Translations under genes and position numbers: made by a program | Assembly: GCA_050184475.1 (NCBI GenBank) | Contig: JBFXAH010000011.1 | Coordinates: 11,208 to 75,207, forward strand | Direction of reading: 5' to 3' | DNA length: 64,000 bases | From: Pirellulales bacterium | GTDB lineage: Bacteria; Planctomycetota; Planctomycetia; Pirellulales; JAEUIK01 | In this document: positions 17,228 through 27,422 of the stretch, one piece after another | How the letters are laid out: the number at the start of each line of letters is the position of its first letter | Position numbering within the stretch: the first letter of the stretch is position 1 | The notes under the pieces: model-generated | What the model was told of the DNA's origin: nothing | Database searches by the model: none | Seen by the model: the letters and a program-made list of their open reading frames with translations, nothing else

Positions 17228-19267
17228 ATGCTCGCATACTTAGTCATCCGCGAAGGGACGAAATGGACCGATGTGTTCCGGTTGATTCCGGGGCAGCCGG
17301 TCACCATCGGCCGTGCGCCGACCAATCCCATTGCGCTCAAAGACGAGCGCTGCAGCCGCTGCCATGCCGAAGTCTTCCTGCGCGACGGCCAATGGATGTT
17401 GCGCGATCTCGAGAGCCGCAACGGCACGGCCCTCAACGAACAACTGGTGCACGGCGAAACGCCGTTGCACGCCGGAGACATCGTCCGCATCGGCCGCTCG
17501 CAACTGGCCTTCGTCCACGATCTGTCGAAAGCCTTCAACGACTCGGGCACGCTGGTCGCGCCGCGCCCCGACGAGTTGCTCGAAGCGACTCATTTTTCGG
17601 ACGGCGATAGCGAAAGCGTCATCGATCCCCACGAACCGACGACGATCACCCATCGCCGCGGACAGACCAAGTACCTGGTCCCCGCCGAGGAAGAAGCCTT
17701 CGACTCACCCAACCAATCGCAGATCGGCCGGGCCAGCACCAAGCTCTGCCGGCTGGCCTTCGAGCTGGCCAAGGCCTCCGACGTGCGCGGGCTGGCGCAA
17801 ATGGCCCTGGGTGGTTTGTTCGAGGGGACGCAGGCCGATACGGGCGCGGTGCTGTTGGCTCCGCGAGCCGCCAACAACAACAAGCCCTTTAGCGAAGGGG
17901 CGCTCGAAGCCGTCGCGGCGCGCAGCCAGAGCGAAGAGCCGTATCATCGCGTGTCGTCGTTTCTGGCGGCCACGGTGCTGCGCGAGGGCGAAGCCGTGCT
18001 GGCCCGCAACGTAATGGGGGACAGCCAGCTCAGCCGTCGTGACAGCAAGGGAGAGATACACGCCACGAGCGTGATCTGCGCGCCGATTCGCCGCGGACAG
18101 CAGCTTTATGGATTGCTCCACCTGTACTCGACCGACGCGGCCCGCGTGCTCGATCCCGACGATCTCGAGTTCACCTTGGCCGTGGCCGAAACGCTGGGCG
18201 TGGCGCTCGAGAATCTGAGCCGCCGCGAGGAGCTGGCGGTGAACCTCAACTCGGTCCGCGACGAGAACCTGCAGTTGCGGCAGAAGCTCGGCGTGTTCAG
18301 CGAGATCGTGGGACGCAGCCCGGTCGTGCAGCGCATCCAGCAGCAAGTGGCCCGCGCCGCCCCCAGCCGGGCGACGGTGCTGATTCGCGGCGAGAGTGGC
18401 GTCGGCAAGGAACTGGTCGCCCGGGCCGTGCACTACTCGAGCCCTCGCGCCAAAGGGGTGTTCGTCTGCCTGAATTGCGCCGCGCTGACCGAGACGTTGC
18501 TCGAGAGCGAATTGTTCGGGCACGAGCGGGGGGCCTTCACCGGCGCCACCGAGCGCAAGATTGGCAAGTTCGAAGCCGCCCACGGCGGCACGCTGATGCT
18601 CGACGAAATCGGCGAGATGAGCCCCACGATCCAGGCCAAGTTCCTCCGCGTGCTCGAGGGGCACCCCTTCGAACGCGTCGGCGGCAGCCAACCGGTCAAG
18701 GCCGACGTGCGGGTGATCGCCGCCACGAACCGCGACCTGGAAAAAGAGGTAACCGAGTCGCGGTTTCGTCGCGACTTGTACTTCCGGCTCAACGTGCTGG
18801 AGATCGTGGTCCCGCCGCTGCGCAAGCGGCCGGTCGACATCCCGGAGCTGGCGCGGTTTTTCTTGCAGCGCTACACCAGCGAAACCGGCCGCAAAATCAA
18901 GGGCTTCACCGAGCGCGCGATGGAGCAGATGATGCGCTATCGCTGGCCGGGAAACGTTCGCGAGCTGAAGAACGTCATCGAACGGGCGATCCTGCTCACG
19001 CAAGCCGACGAGATCGATCAAGAAGATTTGATGCTCTCGCGCTTGCCCACCGCCGGCGACACCAACGAAATGCCGGCCGGCACTGGCACCGAATACACTC
19101 AGATGACGCTCGAAGAGATGGAGCGGCGGCACATTCTGGCCACCCTCAAGGCGACGGCCTGGAACAAGAGCCAGTCGGCGATGATTCTGGGCATCGAACG
19201 ATCGACCCTGGACCGCAAAATCCGCCGCTACGACCTGCACGAGCTGGTACTGCGCCGCGGCATGTGA
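17228..19267 (+). CDS. sigma-54-dependent transcriptional activator with an FHA - GAF - AAA+ - Fis-type HTH architecture
   Basis: N-terminal FHA-like segment ([26 protein letters not shown]...NGTALN). Central GAF-like region. Walker A GESGVGKE, the GAFTGA loop in [13 protein letters not shown], and a C-terminal [26 protein letters not shown]. The ORF track starts at TTG 17216; ATG 17228 is preferred. Confidence 0.9.
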   Translation: MLAYLVIREGTKWTDVFRLIPGQPVTIGRAPTNPIALKDERCSRCHAEVFLRDGQWMLRDLESRNGTALNEQLVHGETPLHAGDIVRIGRSQLAFVHDLSKAFNDSGTLVAPRPDELLEATHFSDGDSESVIDPHEPTTITHRRGQTKYLVPAEEEAFDSPNQSQIGRASTKLCRLAFELAKASDVRGLAQMALGGLFEGTQADTGAVLLAPRAANNNKPFSEGALEAVAARSQSEEPYHRVSSFLAATVLREGEAVLARNVMGDSQLSRRDSKGEIHATSVICAPIRRGQQLYGLLHLYSTDAARVLDPDDLEFTLAVAETLGVALENLSRREELAVNLNSVRDENLQLRQKLGVFSEIVGRSPVVQRIQQQVARAAPSRATVLIRGESGVGKELVARAVHYSSPRAKGVFVCLNCAALTETLLESELFGHERGAFTGATERKIGKFEAAHGGTLMLDEIGEMSPTIQAKFLRVLEGHPFERVGGSQPVKADVRVIAATNRDLEKEVTESRFRRDLYFRLNVLEIVVPPLRKRPVDIPELARFFLQRYTSETGRKIKGFTERAMEQMMRYRWPGNVRELKNVIERAILLTQADEIDQEDLMLSRLPTAGDTNEMPAGTGTEYTQMTLEEMERRHILATLKATAWNKSQSAMILGIERSTLDRKIRRYDLHELVLRRGM

Positions 19268-19291
19268 GCCGGCGGCAAGCTCTCGCTACTA

Positions 19292-19345
<54 letters not shown>

Positions 19346-19462
19346 CTCGACACAGCACTGCTAGACGCCTTCTTAGCGCCTTGGCGCGCGATTCCTAACG
19401 CATCCCCAGCGATTGCACTCGTGGTGCCTTGCCCCGCGATGTCCCGCCCAGTCATCAGCACG

Positions 19463-20245
19463 CTACCAGGCAGGCGGGCGCTTTTCTTTGAAAGCCTGCA
19501 GACCTTCGGCGGCGGCTTCGGTGGTGCGGGCCGTGGCGCTCACCGCCGCGCCGGTCGAGAGCATGGTGCCGAGTTGCTCGCCGATGGTCTCGTTGAGCAT
19601 CCGCTTTGTGAGCTGCAGCGACGACGGCGCGCAGCGCGCGCACTCTTCGACCAACTCCACGGCCCGCGGCCAAAGCCGCGCCGCCGCGATGCGCTCGTGG
19701 ACCAAGCCCATGCGGGCGGCGCGCTCGACGTCGACGATCGCGCCGGTCATCAGCAGGTATCCGGCCTGCCCGGCCCCGATGCGGAAGACGACCAACGGAG
19801 CGACGATCGCGGCCGTGATCCCGCGGCGCGGCTCGGGGAGCCCAAACTGGGCGTCGTCCGCGGCCAGCACGAGATCGCTGGCGGCGACCAACCCCAGCCC
19901 GCCCGCCACGGCCGGACCGTTGACCGCGGCCACGATCGGCTTAGGGAATTGCAACATCTTCTCGACCAGGTCGCGATAGGCCAGCACGTCGTCGGACCAG
20001 CGGGCCTGGGCGTCGGGCTGCTGGCTCGTGGCCAGCATTTCGTCGAGGTCCATGCCGGCGCAGAAAGCCGGGCCGGCGCCGGTCAAGATCACGCCGCGCA
20101 CGCGCCGCTCCTGGTGCAGGTCGTCGAGCGCCTGGGCGACGTCGGCCAGCAGCGCGCGAGAAAGGGCATTGCGCTTGTCGGGACGGTTGAGAATGATCGT
20201 GCCGGCGGCGCCGTGCACGTGGACTCGCACCAACGACTCACTCAT
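19463..20245 (-). CDS. enoyl-CoA hydratase/isomerase (crotonase) family protein
   Basis: 260 aa. ILNRPDKRNALS...LTGAGPAFCAGMDL...AAVNGPAVAGG matches the crotonase oxyanion-hole signatures. Confidence 0.9.
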   Translation of the reverse strand: MSESLVRVHVHGAAGTIILNRPDKRNALSRALLADVAQALDDLHQERRVRGVILTGAGPAFCAGMDLDEMLATSQQPDAQARWSDDVLAYRDLVEKMLQFPKPIVAAVNGPAVAGGLGLVAASDLVLAADDAQFGLPEPRRGITAAIVAPLVVFRIGAGQAGYLLMTGAIVDVERAARMGLVHERIAAARLWPRAVELVEECARCAPSSLQLTKRMLNETIGEQLGTMLSTGAAVSATARTTEAAAEGLQAFKEKRPPAW

Positions 20246-20273
20246 CGGCGTCGATCTCGCGGCTCGGGGCGTT

Positions 20274-21242
20274 CTAGCCGTAACTCTCGCGGTGAATCTG
20301 GTCTTTGCGGATCCCCAAGGCCGCCAGCGCGGCCAAGGTCGACTCGAGAAACCGCGGGGCCGGCTCTTCGCCGCGCTCGCGGGCTGCCGCGCGGTCGAAC
20401 GTCGTCACGCCTGGCCCGCAGCAAAAGACCTGCACGGCCGAGGGATCGGGAATGAACTCGCGCAAAATGCCTTCGTTGACGCGACCGACCCGGTAGTTTG
20501 GTCCCAGCGAAGCTGCCGAGGGATCGCGCGTCAGGCAGTGAATCACCTTGAGCTTGCGCGGGAACTGGCGCTCCAGCTCGTCGAGCTGCGCGCGAAAGAT
20601 GATGTCGTCGTACGTTTTGTTGCTGTAGATCAGCGTGTGCCGGAGATTCATGTTCGTGTGCAGGGCGTGCTTGATGATGCTAACGTTGGGCACGCTCCCC
20701 GAACCGGCACACAAGTGAAACAGGTGATCGGTCTTGCTCTCGATATCCTTGGGCAACACGTAGGGGCCCGTGAAGCCGGTGATCACCATCCGCATGCCCG
20801 GCTGCAAGCGCCGCACCAGCAGTGGCGAGAGCAACGGCGGGTACTTGGTCTGGCCGGTCACGTAGTTTTCTTCCTTGACCGTGACGGCCAGGTATTTTTC
20901 GTGCGGCGCGCTGCACATCGAGTAGGCGCGGGGGGGCTCTTTCTTCCCCTTCATGTCCTCGAGGTACCGCGTGAAGCGGTCGAGCGACTTGAACTGATGC
21001 GGGTCGATCGTCAAGAAGTGTCCCGCTTCGTATTCCAAGTGGTCGTTGCCGGTGAAGAACACGAGCGTGGTCGAATCGCTCGTCTCCTGCACCACGTCGG
21101 CGACCATGACTTCGAGTTCGCGAATGCGACGACGGCGCGTGACGGCCGGTTCGGCGACGGGCTGATCCAAGACAGACTCTCCAAACGCGGGCGACTTTCC
21201 CTGGCGACAGGCCATCATGCCGCGAGCCCGGTTTGATTGCAA
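20274..21242 (-). CDS. FNR-like FAD/NAD(P)-binding oxidoreductase
   Basis: FAD-binding RAYSMCS (RxYS motif) and NAD(P)-binding HLCAGSGSVP, with the C-terminal fold typical of ferredoxin-NADP reductase-like proteins. The start is uncertain (several in-frame candidates; the domain begins near VMVADVVQET). Confidence 0.75.
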   Translation of the reverse strand: MQSNRARGMMACRQGKSPAFGESVLDQPVAEPAVTRRRRIRELEVMVADVVQETSDSTTLVFFTGNDHLEYEAGHFLTIDPHQFKSLDRFTRYLEDMKGKKEPPRAYSMCSAPHEKYLAVTVKEENYVTGQTKYPPLLSPLLVRRLQPGMRMVITGFTGPYVLPKDIESKTDHLFHLCAGSGSVPNVSIIKHALHTNMNLRHTLIYSNKTYDDIIFRAQLDELERQFPRKLKVIHCLTRDPSAASLGPNYRVGRVNEGILREFIPDPSAVQVFCCGPGVTTFDRAAARERGEEPAPRFLESTLAALAALGIRKDQIHRESYG

Positions 21243-21369
21243 CCGGCCGGCGACGCTCGACAGCGAATTGCACGCTAGGCCACTGGTCGAATCGGCAAGG
21301 CAACAGCAAACGTGCTGTCCACTCTCACTAGATCGGCTGAGCGTGAGGTCATCTTCTCCTCAGGGCATC

Positions 21370-23082
21370 CTACGGTCGCCAGCCTTTGGCGACGCCGAGC
21401 GTGGCTTTTTCGATGCTCACCAGGTGATCGTCCGGCAAGTCCAATTCGCTACGATATAGCTCGTGCTGTCGCAGAAAGTCTGCGACTTCGAGCGACCAGG
21501 CGACGAGGTACGCGGTGGTGTCGTGTTTCTGGCCGCGAATCTTGTTGAGGTCCTGCTCGTCGATCACTTGCGGCAAGTTGCCGACCAGCCAGACGCGCCC
21601 GCCAGCTTGCAGCGTCTCGGCAATCGCCTCACGAATGGGGGCCGTCGGATCCGGAGCTTGCATTTGCCGCTGCAACATGTCGTAGCGATGGAGGTTGATC
21701 ACCTCCATGGGCGGAATCGTGATCCAGGGCGCGCGGCCGTGGTAGTAGCGGTTGAACGATACGCCCCAATACCATTTCTCGACGATCACCAGGTCGCCCG
21801 GCCGGGCATCGAGGTTCAGACGCGCCGCGGCCTGATCGATGTTCGTCAAGGGATTGCCGATCAGCCACCGATTCGTCTTCTCACTGACTAGGACACCGAG
21901 CACCAGCAAGCCGAGCCGCGCCGCGGCCATGGCCCGCCAGCCGCCGAGGATTTGCTCGGCGGCCAATGCCGCTAACAGCAGCACCGGCAGCCAGTGCCAG
22001 GGCTGCGGCATGAAGCTGCCGCGGGCCATGAGCGCGAAGTAGCCCCCGATCGCCAGCGCGCCGGCCAGCAAACCGAAAAGCGCGCGATAGCGGCGCGCCT
22101 GCACGGCCAAAGACCGGGAGAACCAGGTGTAGGCCGTCGCGACCACCAGCACGCAGGGGAGCAGACCCCAGACGATCGCAAACAACGCCCCCGAGAAAGC
22201 GAGCGTCACGTACAACCGTCGCACGTCGTCAACGATTCCGCCGGCTTTGCCGTCGGAGACGCCACTCCACTCGCTGGCGGTGCGGATCGCGGGAAGATAG
22301 GGGAGCAATGTCGTAGCGACCACGGCCCCCACGACCAAGAGACCGATCGCTCGGCCTCGGCGCCCCGCGGCGCAGGCGGCGATCGCTGCCGCCACCAACA
22401 GCCCCCCCAAGATCAGAGCATTGGGAAACAGGGTCTGCACCGCGCAGATGCCCAATGCGCCGGACCACAACCAACTCGTCCAGCGCAAGGGGACGACGGG
22501 ATCCGCGTTTCGGTCTCCATCCCCCCCGCTGCCGCGCGGAACACTACCCGGCACAACCGTCGATATTGCCGACCACGCCAGCACGATCCATAAAAACCCC
22601 AGGCCGTGCGGTCGCACCGAATCGCCGAATCGCAGCGCGAATGGACTCAATCCCCACAGCAACAGCGCCAGCGACGGCGGTCCACCGTGCGCGCGATAGG
22701 CCATCCACCAGAGACTCGCCAAAATGGCGACTCCGACCAGCATCCCGAACCAGCGCAACCCTTCGTCGCTCGACCCGCCGGGCAGATTGCACCAGGCCCG
22801 CAACAACGCGGTCGAGAGGATCGGAAAGCTATCCCACTGTAGATTGCCGAGAATCTCGCTCCAGGTCGGCAACTGCGCCAGTTCGGCGGTGTGAGCTTCG
22901 TCGCGCCACAGACCACCCGCCCCGTGCAAGTTCTGCCAGTGTCGGCGAAGGACGATCGCCGAGACGCAGGCAGCAAGCACCCATTCGCTATAAACCGCCA
23001 GCTGTCGCCAATCGAGCGCGCTGCTGGTGCTCCTCGAATCGAGCAGCCGCGTGGTCGAAAGATTGTTCGCCGATGCCGGCAT
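21370..23082 (-). CDS. GT-C-fold membrane glycosyltransferase (ArnT/PMT-like), paralog 1
   Basis: 570 aa with more than 10 hydrophobic helices. It has an early-loop acidic motif GLWRDEAHTA and a soluble C-terminal domain. Confidence 0.6.
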   Translation of the reverse strand: MPASANNLSTTRLLDSRSTSSALDWRQLAVYSEWVLAACVSAIVLRRHWQNLHGAGGLWRDEAHTAELAQLPTWSEILGNLQWDSFPILSTALLRAWCNLPGGSSDEGLRWFGMLVGVAILASLWWMAYRAHGGPPSLALLLWGLSPFALRFGDSVRPHGLGFLWIVLAWSAISTVVPGSVPRGSGGDGDRNADPVVPLRWTSWLWSGALGICAVQTLFPNALILGGLLVAAAIAACAAGRRGRAIGLLVVGAVVATTLLPYLPAIRTASEWSGVSDGKAGGIVDDVRRLYVTLAFSGALFAIVWGLLPCVLVVATAYTWFSRSLAVQARRYRALFGLLAGALAIGGYFALMARGSFMPQPWHWLPVLLLAALAAEQILGGWRAMAAARLGLLVLGVLVSEKTNRWLIGNPLTNIDQAAARLNLDARPGDLVIVEKWYWGVSFNRYYHGRAPWITIPPMEVINLHRYDMLQRQMQAPDPTAPIREAIAETLQAGGRVWLVGNLPQVIDEQDLNKIRGQKHDTTAYLVAWSLEVADFLRQHELYRSELDLPDDHLVSIEKATLGVAKGWRP

Positions 23083-23350
23083 GCAGATCGCATGTCGAAG
23101 AGGTTTCTGGGTCGGGAAATGCGCCGCCTGATTTTATCACGCCCAGCGCCGCGCGACACTCATGGCAACCCCCGCCCGGCGATCGGCACCCCGGACGTGG
23201 CGCTAGCGAGCAATCGTTGCTGGGGGTTCGCGGCGTGATCGCGGCCGACCCCAGGGTCCCCCAATGCCGCGCGCAGCGACTTGTGCGCGAGCTGGGCCGC
23301 CGCCCGACGGCGCGCCAGCAGCTCGTTCAGGGAGAATTGTTCAACGTCGG

Positions 23351-25096
23351 CTATGGTTCGGCGCGATCGCTGGCTGGCTCGCTGGGAGAGCGCGACTTTA
23401 GTTCAATCCGGCGTCCGCCACGCTCGGGCGGGGCCAGTTCATAGATCACCAGGTTGGGAAGGTCTTGTCCCAGCGTCCGGGCGCGATGAAACAGCGGATC
23501 GGGAATGTTGCCAAAGCGCTCGGCCGGTATCCACACCGGGAGCTTGCGCCAGGTGTGCCGCGCCAGTTGCCGACGTATCGCGTCGCGGCCCATCTGGCCT
23601 GTGCTACGTATGATAATGAACCGCGGCGGCGGAACACTGGTATCGTCGGAGCGAAACGTCGCCAAGCCGCCCCGCACTTCGGCGTCCGTGTAGAACATCA
23701 GCGGAGCATCCTCAACATCGGTGAGCACCGCGTCGCCGGGCCGCAGCTTGGGTGTAAGTTCGGCCACGATCTCGCGATTCGGATCGGGACCGATGTTTCG
23801 CAGGTCAACATACAGGGTACGCAGGTCGGGGCGCCAAAACCCCAGGCTGATGTGCACGCTCGACTGCCCGGCCATCAGCGCCAGGTTTGCCGGCGCGGCA
23901 GCCACCTGCGTGACCAGCAGCAGTCCGGCCAGCACCACAGAGCAAGCGACGCGCAGATCGCTAGCGGCTTTGTGTCGCAACGCCACGTCGATCAGCCCGG
24001 CCAGGATGTACGACACCAAAAGGCACGACAACGGGGTGGCAACCGCCAGGTAGCGATAGAACGGATAGGGTGCGACGAGCGGCACCCAGATCAGGATCGC
24101 GGCAACTATGGCCGCCGCCAGTACGATCGCGTGCGTGGCACCAGTTGGCATACTTTGGGCACGGCGCGCCCGCCAGGCGAACCACAGACAGACCGGCATC
24201 ACGATGAGTGGCAACTGGTATTGATTGAAGCTCATCAAGAGAATCCACACACTCTGCGCGGAATCTGCGAGCCGGGGCTTGAGACGCTCCAAGATTTCGT
24301 AGTACCAGATCCACGGGCCGAGCAGCGCTGCCAGTGCCGCCATGGCGCCGAGGAACTCGTACCGCCGGCCTCGAAACGACCACAGCCCATCGACCGTGAG
24401 CACTGCCATGACCGGCCAGAAGGTGCCAAAATCGCACTGAAAAAAACACCAGGCCGAAAACACGAAGGCTGCCCCGCCCCAGCGGTCTCTCGCGCGCCAG
24501 CGCACGTAGGCCACGAACGTCACGAGCAGCAAAAGGCTCGCCGGGGCGTAGTATCGGCATTGCCGCATGTGCAATACCCAGTAAACGTTGCCTAACAGCA
24601 GCAGGAGAGCCGCCACGCTCATCGCCGGATCGCAAAAACGTTTGCGAATGAAACTGTACAAGACCACCGCCACGCCGACGCCACAGAGGGCAAACGGCAG
24701 CCGCGCCCCCCAGGTGCTTTTGCCGAGCATCGCCATGGATGCTGCCGCGAGCACAAACTGCCCCCAGGGCTGCCCCGTCCAGGTAGTGTCATCGCGAAAG
24801 TCGCCCCGCGCAACGAAGTAGTCGATCGACTCGGCGGCCGCGCCGGAGGGTATCGAACTCTCGGCCCCCTCGACGTACCAATCCATGGTGATCAAGTTGC
24901 GGCCGTCGTACCCAAGTGGCCGGCCGTATTTCAGCAGGCGCTCGGCCAGCACGGCCGTGGCTGCTTCGTCCTGCCAGAAATAACGAGCGCCCAGATTCCA
25001 CAGCATCAGGGCCGCGGCCGGCGCGGCGACGAGCAACAATGCCGAGATGTGACGAAGCCAGAACACAGATCGCGGCGATGCACTCCGCATGCTCAT
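23351..25096 (-). CDS. GT-C-fold membrane glycosyltransferase (family 39/ArnT-like), paralog 2
   Basis: 581 aa polytopic protein with the first-loop motif YFWQDEAATAV (DE motif of GT-C enzymes) and a soluble C-terminal domain. Confidence 0.7.
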   Translation of the reverse strand: MSMRSASPRSVFWLRHISALLLVAAPAAALMLWNLGARYFWQDEAATAVLAERLLKYGRPLGYDGRNLITMDWYVEGAESSIPSGAAAESIDYFVARGDFRDDTTWTGQPWGQFVLAAASMAMLGKSTWGARLPFALCGVGVAVVLYSFIRKRFCDPAMSVAALLLLLGNVYWVLHMRQCRYYAPASLLLLVTFVAYVRWRARDRWGGAAFVFSAWCFFQCDFGTFWPVMAVLTVDGLWSFRGRRYEFLGAMAALAALLGPWIWYYEILERLKPRLADSAQSVWILLMSFNQYQLPLIVMPVCLWFAWRARRAQSMPTGATHAIVLAAAIVAAILIWVPLVAPYPFYRYLAVATPLSCLLVSYILAGLIDVALRHKAASDLRVACSVVLAGLLLVTQVAAAPANLALMAGQSSVHISLGFWRPDLRTLYVDLRNIGPDPNREIVAELTPKLRPGDAVLTDVEDAPLMFYTDAEVRGGLATFRSDDTSVPPPRFIIIRSTGQMGRDAIRRQLARHTWRKLPVWIPAERFGNIPDPLFHRARTLGQDLPNLVIYELAPPERGGRRIELKSRSPSEPASDRAEP

Positions 25097-25172
25097 AACC
25101 GTGGCGTCGAGGCGCTCGCACTGTGCGTGGTCGTCGTCAAAAGCTAACTACCCCGGCGCTTGATCCGTGCCG

Positions 25173-25841
25173 CTAGCGTTTCTCATCACGGCGCCGCGCC
25201 AACACGGCAATCGCCGGGCAGGCGCGGCGCCAGCGGTGCGTAGTGGCGTGCAGGTAGGGGCCCACGGGGAGCAGATAACGAAACTGCCCCCACCACTCTT
25301 CGAGGTCGAAGTGCTCGGCGGCCCAGCTCAGCCAGAAGTCGCGCGAACGCTTGTGGACGTGCGTCGGGTCGCCGTCGAGCAAGCGCACGAGTGGCCCGGT
25401 CGGTCCGTCGTAGACCGGCACCACGAAAATCCACGCCCCGCCCGGGTTCAGGTGCGCGGCGACCGTCTCGGCAACCGCGCCAAGATCGGGAATGTGTTCG
25501 ATGACGTCGAAGGCCATGATGGCGTCGAACCGGCGAGCGAAGGGAATCTCGCTGCCGCTGGCAACCTGCAACGTGGCGTCGGGCAGGCGCTGCCGCGCCT
25601 GTTCGAGCGCGTACTGGCTGACGTCGAGCCCGAACCGCTCCCACGACGGGTCGAGCGTCGCCAGGAACCGCCCGAACGCGCAACCCAATTCGAGCACGGC
25701 CGGCCGCGGCCGACCGGCCACGCCCCGCTCGACGAGCTGGCGGTAGAAGTTCAACTTGCGCGGTGGATTCTGCCGCGCGTAGTTGCGGTAATTGCGCTCG
25801 AAGTACTCCTGCTCGAAGCTGGGGGCAGGCGCCGCGGTCAT
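25173..25841 (-). CDS. class I SAM-dependent methyltransferase
   Basis: Start at MTAAPAPSFEQEYFERNY (ATG 25839-25841), which overlaps the stop of the upstream GT2 gene (ATGA). Motif I VLELGCAFGRFL and motif II FDAIMAFDVIEH. The 414-aa ORF in the track is an upstream artefactual extension. Confidence 0.8.
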   Translation of the reverse strand: MTAAPAPSFEQEYFERNYRNYARQNPPRKLNFYRQLVERGVAGRPRPAVLELGCAFGRFLATLDPSWERFGLDVSQYALEQARQRLPDATLQVASGSEIPFARRFDAIMAFDVIEHIPDLGAVAETVAAHLNPGGAWIFVVPVYDGPTGPLVRLLDGDPTHVHKRSRDFWLSWAAEHFDLEEWWGQFRYLLPVGPYLHATTHRWRRACPAIAVLARRRDEKR

Positions 25842-26620
25842 CGTCGGAACTTGCCTTCGACCAGCACCACCAGCGTCTGCCGCACCGTGCGCCAGATGCG
25901 CATCTTGGTCCCCCCCTCCTTGTAATCGTAACGCAGGATGAAGGGGACTTCGCCAAACACCAGGTGCAGCGGACGCAGCTTGAGCAGAATGTCGACCATG
26001 CACTGAAAGCCGTCTTGATTCAGGAACTCGCTGCCATAGTGGGCGATCGCCTGCTGCAGCACATCCGCTCGATACGCCCGATAGCCGCAGGTGTAATCTT
26101 TCACGCCCGAGATCGGGTACAGCACGCGAAACATCCACGACGCCCCCGAGCTGAGCAACCGGCGAAACCAGGGGACGCCGACAATGCGGCTCCCCGGCTG
26201 ATAGCGCGAAGCGATCACTACGTCGTGCCCTTCGCGGATCAGCCGCACCATGCGCAAGATCAGCCCCGGGGTGTGCGTGTCGTCGGCATCCATGGTGACG
26301 ATCACGTCGTGGGCATCGGCCAACTCGGCGGCGGCCAACAGGCCATCGCGAATCGTGGCACCGAGCCCTTGGTTCTGCTCGTGACGGCGCAGCTCGATCG
26401 GCATCTTGGCCGCGCACTGGCCGACGATCTCGGCCGTGCCATCGGTACTGCCGTCGTCGACGATCAGCACCTGGTAGTCGAGCGCCGCCTCGTCCAGGGC
26501 GTCGTCAATGTTTTCCAGCAAGCGGCCGATGCGAGCAGCCTCGTTGAAGGCCGGCAACACCACATAGACCTTGCGCTTGCGGCGCGGCAGTCGCATCGGC
26601 AACGTATCGGCAGTGCTCAT
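25838..26620 (-). CDS. family 2 glycosyltransferase, polyprenyl-phosphate sugar synthase-like (DPM1/ArnC-like)
   Basis: VYVVLPAFNEAARI, VDDGSTDGT and DADDTH (DxD) motifs. Start placed at MSTADTLPM (ATG 26618-26620). Confidence 0.85.
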   Translation of the reverse strand: MSTADTLPMRLPRRKRKVYVVLPAFNEAARIGRLLENIDDALDEAALDYQVLIVDDGSTDGTAEIVGQCAAKMPIELRRHEQNQGLGATIRDGLLAAAELADAHDVIVTMDADDTHTPGLILRMVRLIREGHDVVIASRYQPGSRIVGVPWFRRLLSSGASWMFRVLYPISGVKDYTCGYRAYRADVLQQAIAHYGSEFLNQDGFQCMVDILLKLRPLHLVFGEVPFILRYDYKEGGTKMRIWRTVRQTLVVLVEGKFRR

Positions 26621-26690
26621 GGAGCGCCAGAATAGCCGCGCGCGGAGAGTCGGGCCAGCGGACGCCATGGCGCTCCATGACACCACGCGG

Positions 26691-27365
26691 TCAGGGCCGG
26701 CGCTCTTCGGCGGCGCTGGGACGAAAATAGTTTGGCGCCAGCGTCCAGAAATCGTGGCGCACCCCGGCCACGTACTGCGACCAGGCGAGGCGCCCCACCG
26801 ACGCGGCCCTAGGCCACCAGCTTTCGGCGTCGATCAGTTGGATTCCCGCCGCGATCCGCGCCGCGTACCGCTCGAGCGCGGGGCCTGAGATCCACTCGCC
26901 GGGGCTCAGTTCGGCCAACCAACCGCCGGCATCGACCAATGCCGTGGGCCGCTCGGCGCTCGCGGGCATTGCTTCGCCGGCCACGTAGCGGGCGACGAAC
27001 AGTTGCTCGCGCCCGGCGTCGAGCGCCGTCCACAAGGGGCGCGCCGCCGCCGGCGCTTGCAGCGCGATCGCGTCGAGCGTATCGACCCCGACGATCTGGG
27101 CGCCGATGGCATAGGCCAACGTCTTGGCGGTCATCACGCCGATGCGCAAGCCGGTGAACGATCCGGGGCCGGTGGCCACGGCCACGAGCTGGACGTCGGC
27201 CGGTCGCCAGGCGACTTCGGTCAGCAGATCACGAATGGCCGGCGCCAACGTGGCGGCGCTGCCGCGCGTCGCCTCGAGCGCGTGCTCGGCGAGGAGCTGA
27301 TCATCTTCGAGCGCGGCGACGCTCCCCGCGCGACCCGAAGTTTCGAGCGCCAGGAGCCGCGTCAC
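26691..27365 (-). CDS. tsaB: tRNA N6-threonylcarbamoyladenosine biosynthesis protein TsaB
   Basis: LLALETSGRAGSVAAL...VAVATGPGSFTGLRIGVMTAKTLAYA is the conserved TsaB/YeaZ core. Confidence 0.85.
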   Translation of the reverse strand: MTRLLALETSGRAGSVAALEDDQLLAEHALEATRGSAATLAPAIRDLLTEVAWRPADVQLVAVATGPGSFTGLRIGVMTAKTLAYAIGAQIVGVDTLDAIALQAPAAARPLWTALDAGREQLFVARYVAGEAMPASAERPTALVDAGGWLAELSPGEWISGPALERYAARIAAGIQLIDAESWWPRAASVGRLAWSQYVAGVRHDFWTLAPNYFRPSAAEERRP

Positions 27366-27422
27366 GATAAACCGGCGCCCCGCGTTGTCGCCCTCCTTGC
27401 GCCGTGCATCGACGCCTCGCGA

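Noticed and set aside
25842-26417. N-terminal 190-codon extension of the methyltransferase ORF. Similar upstream extensions occur in the track for the ORFs starting at 37067, 41609, 42433, 48303, 56616 and 60652, and on the minus strand at 5182, 8532, 14418, 16815 and 29638.
   Set aside because: The extensions overlap the preceding gene in another frame or are R/P-rich. Internal ATG/GTG starts coincide with signal peptides, conserved N-termini or ATGA coupling to the upstream stop.
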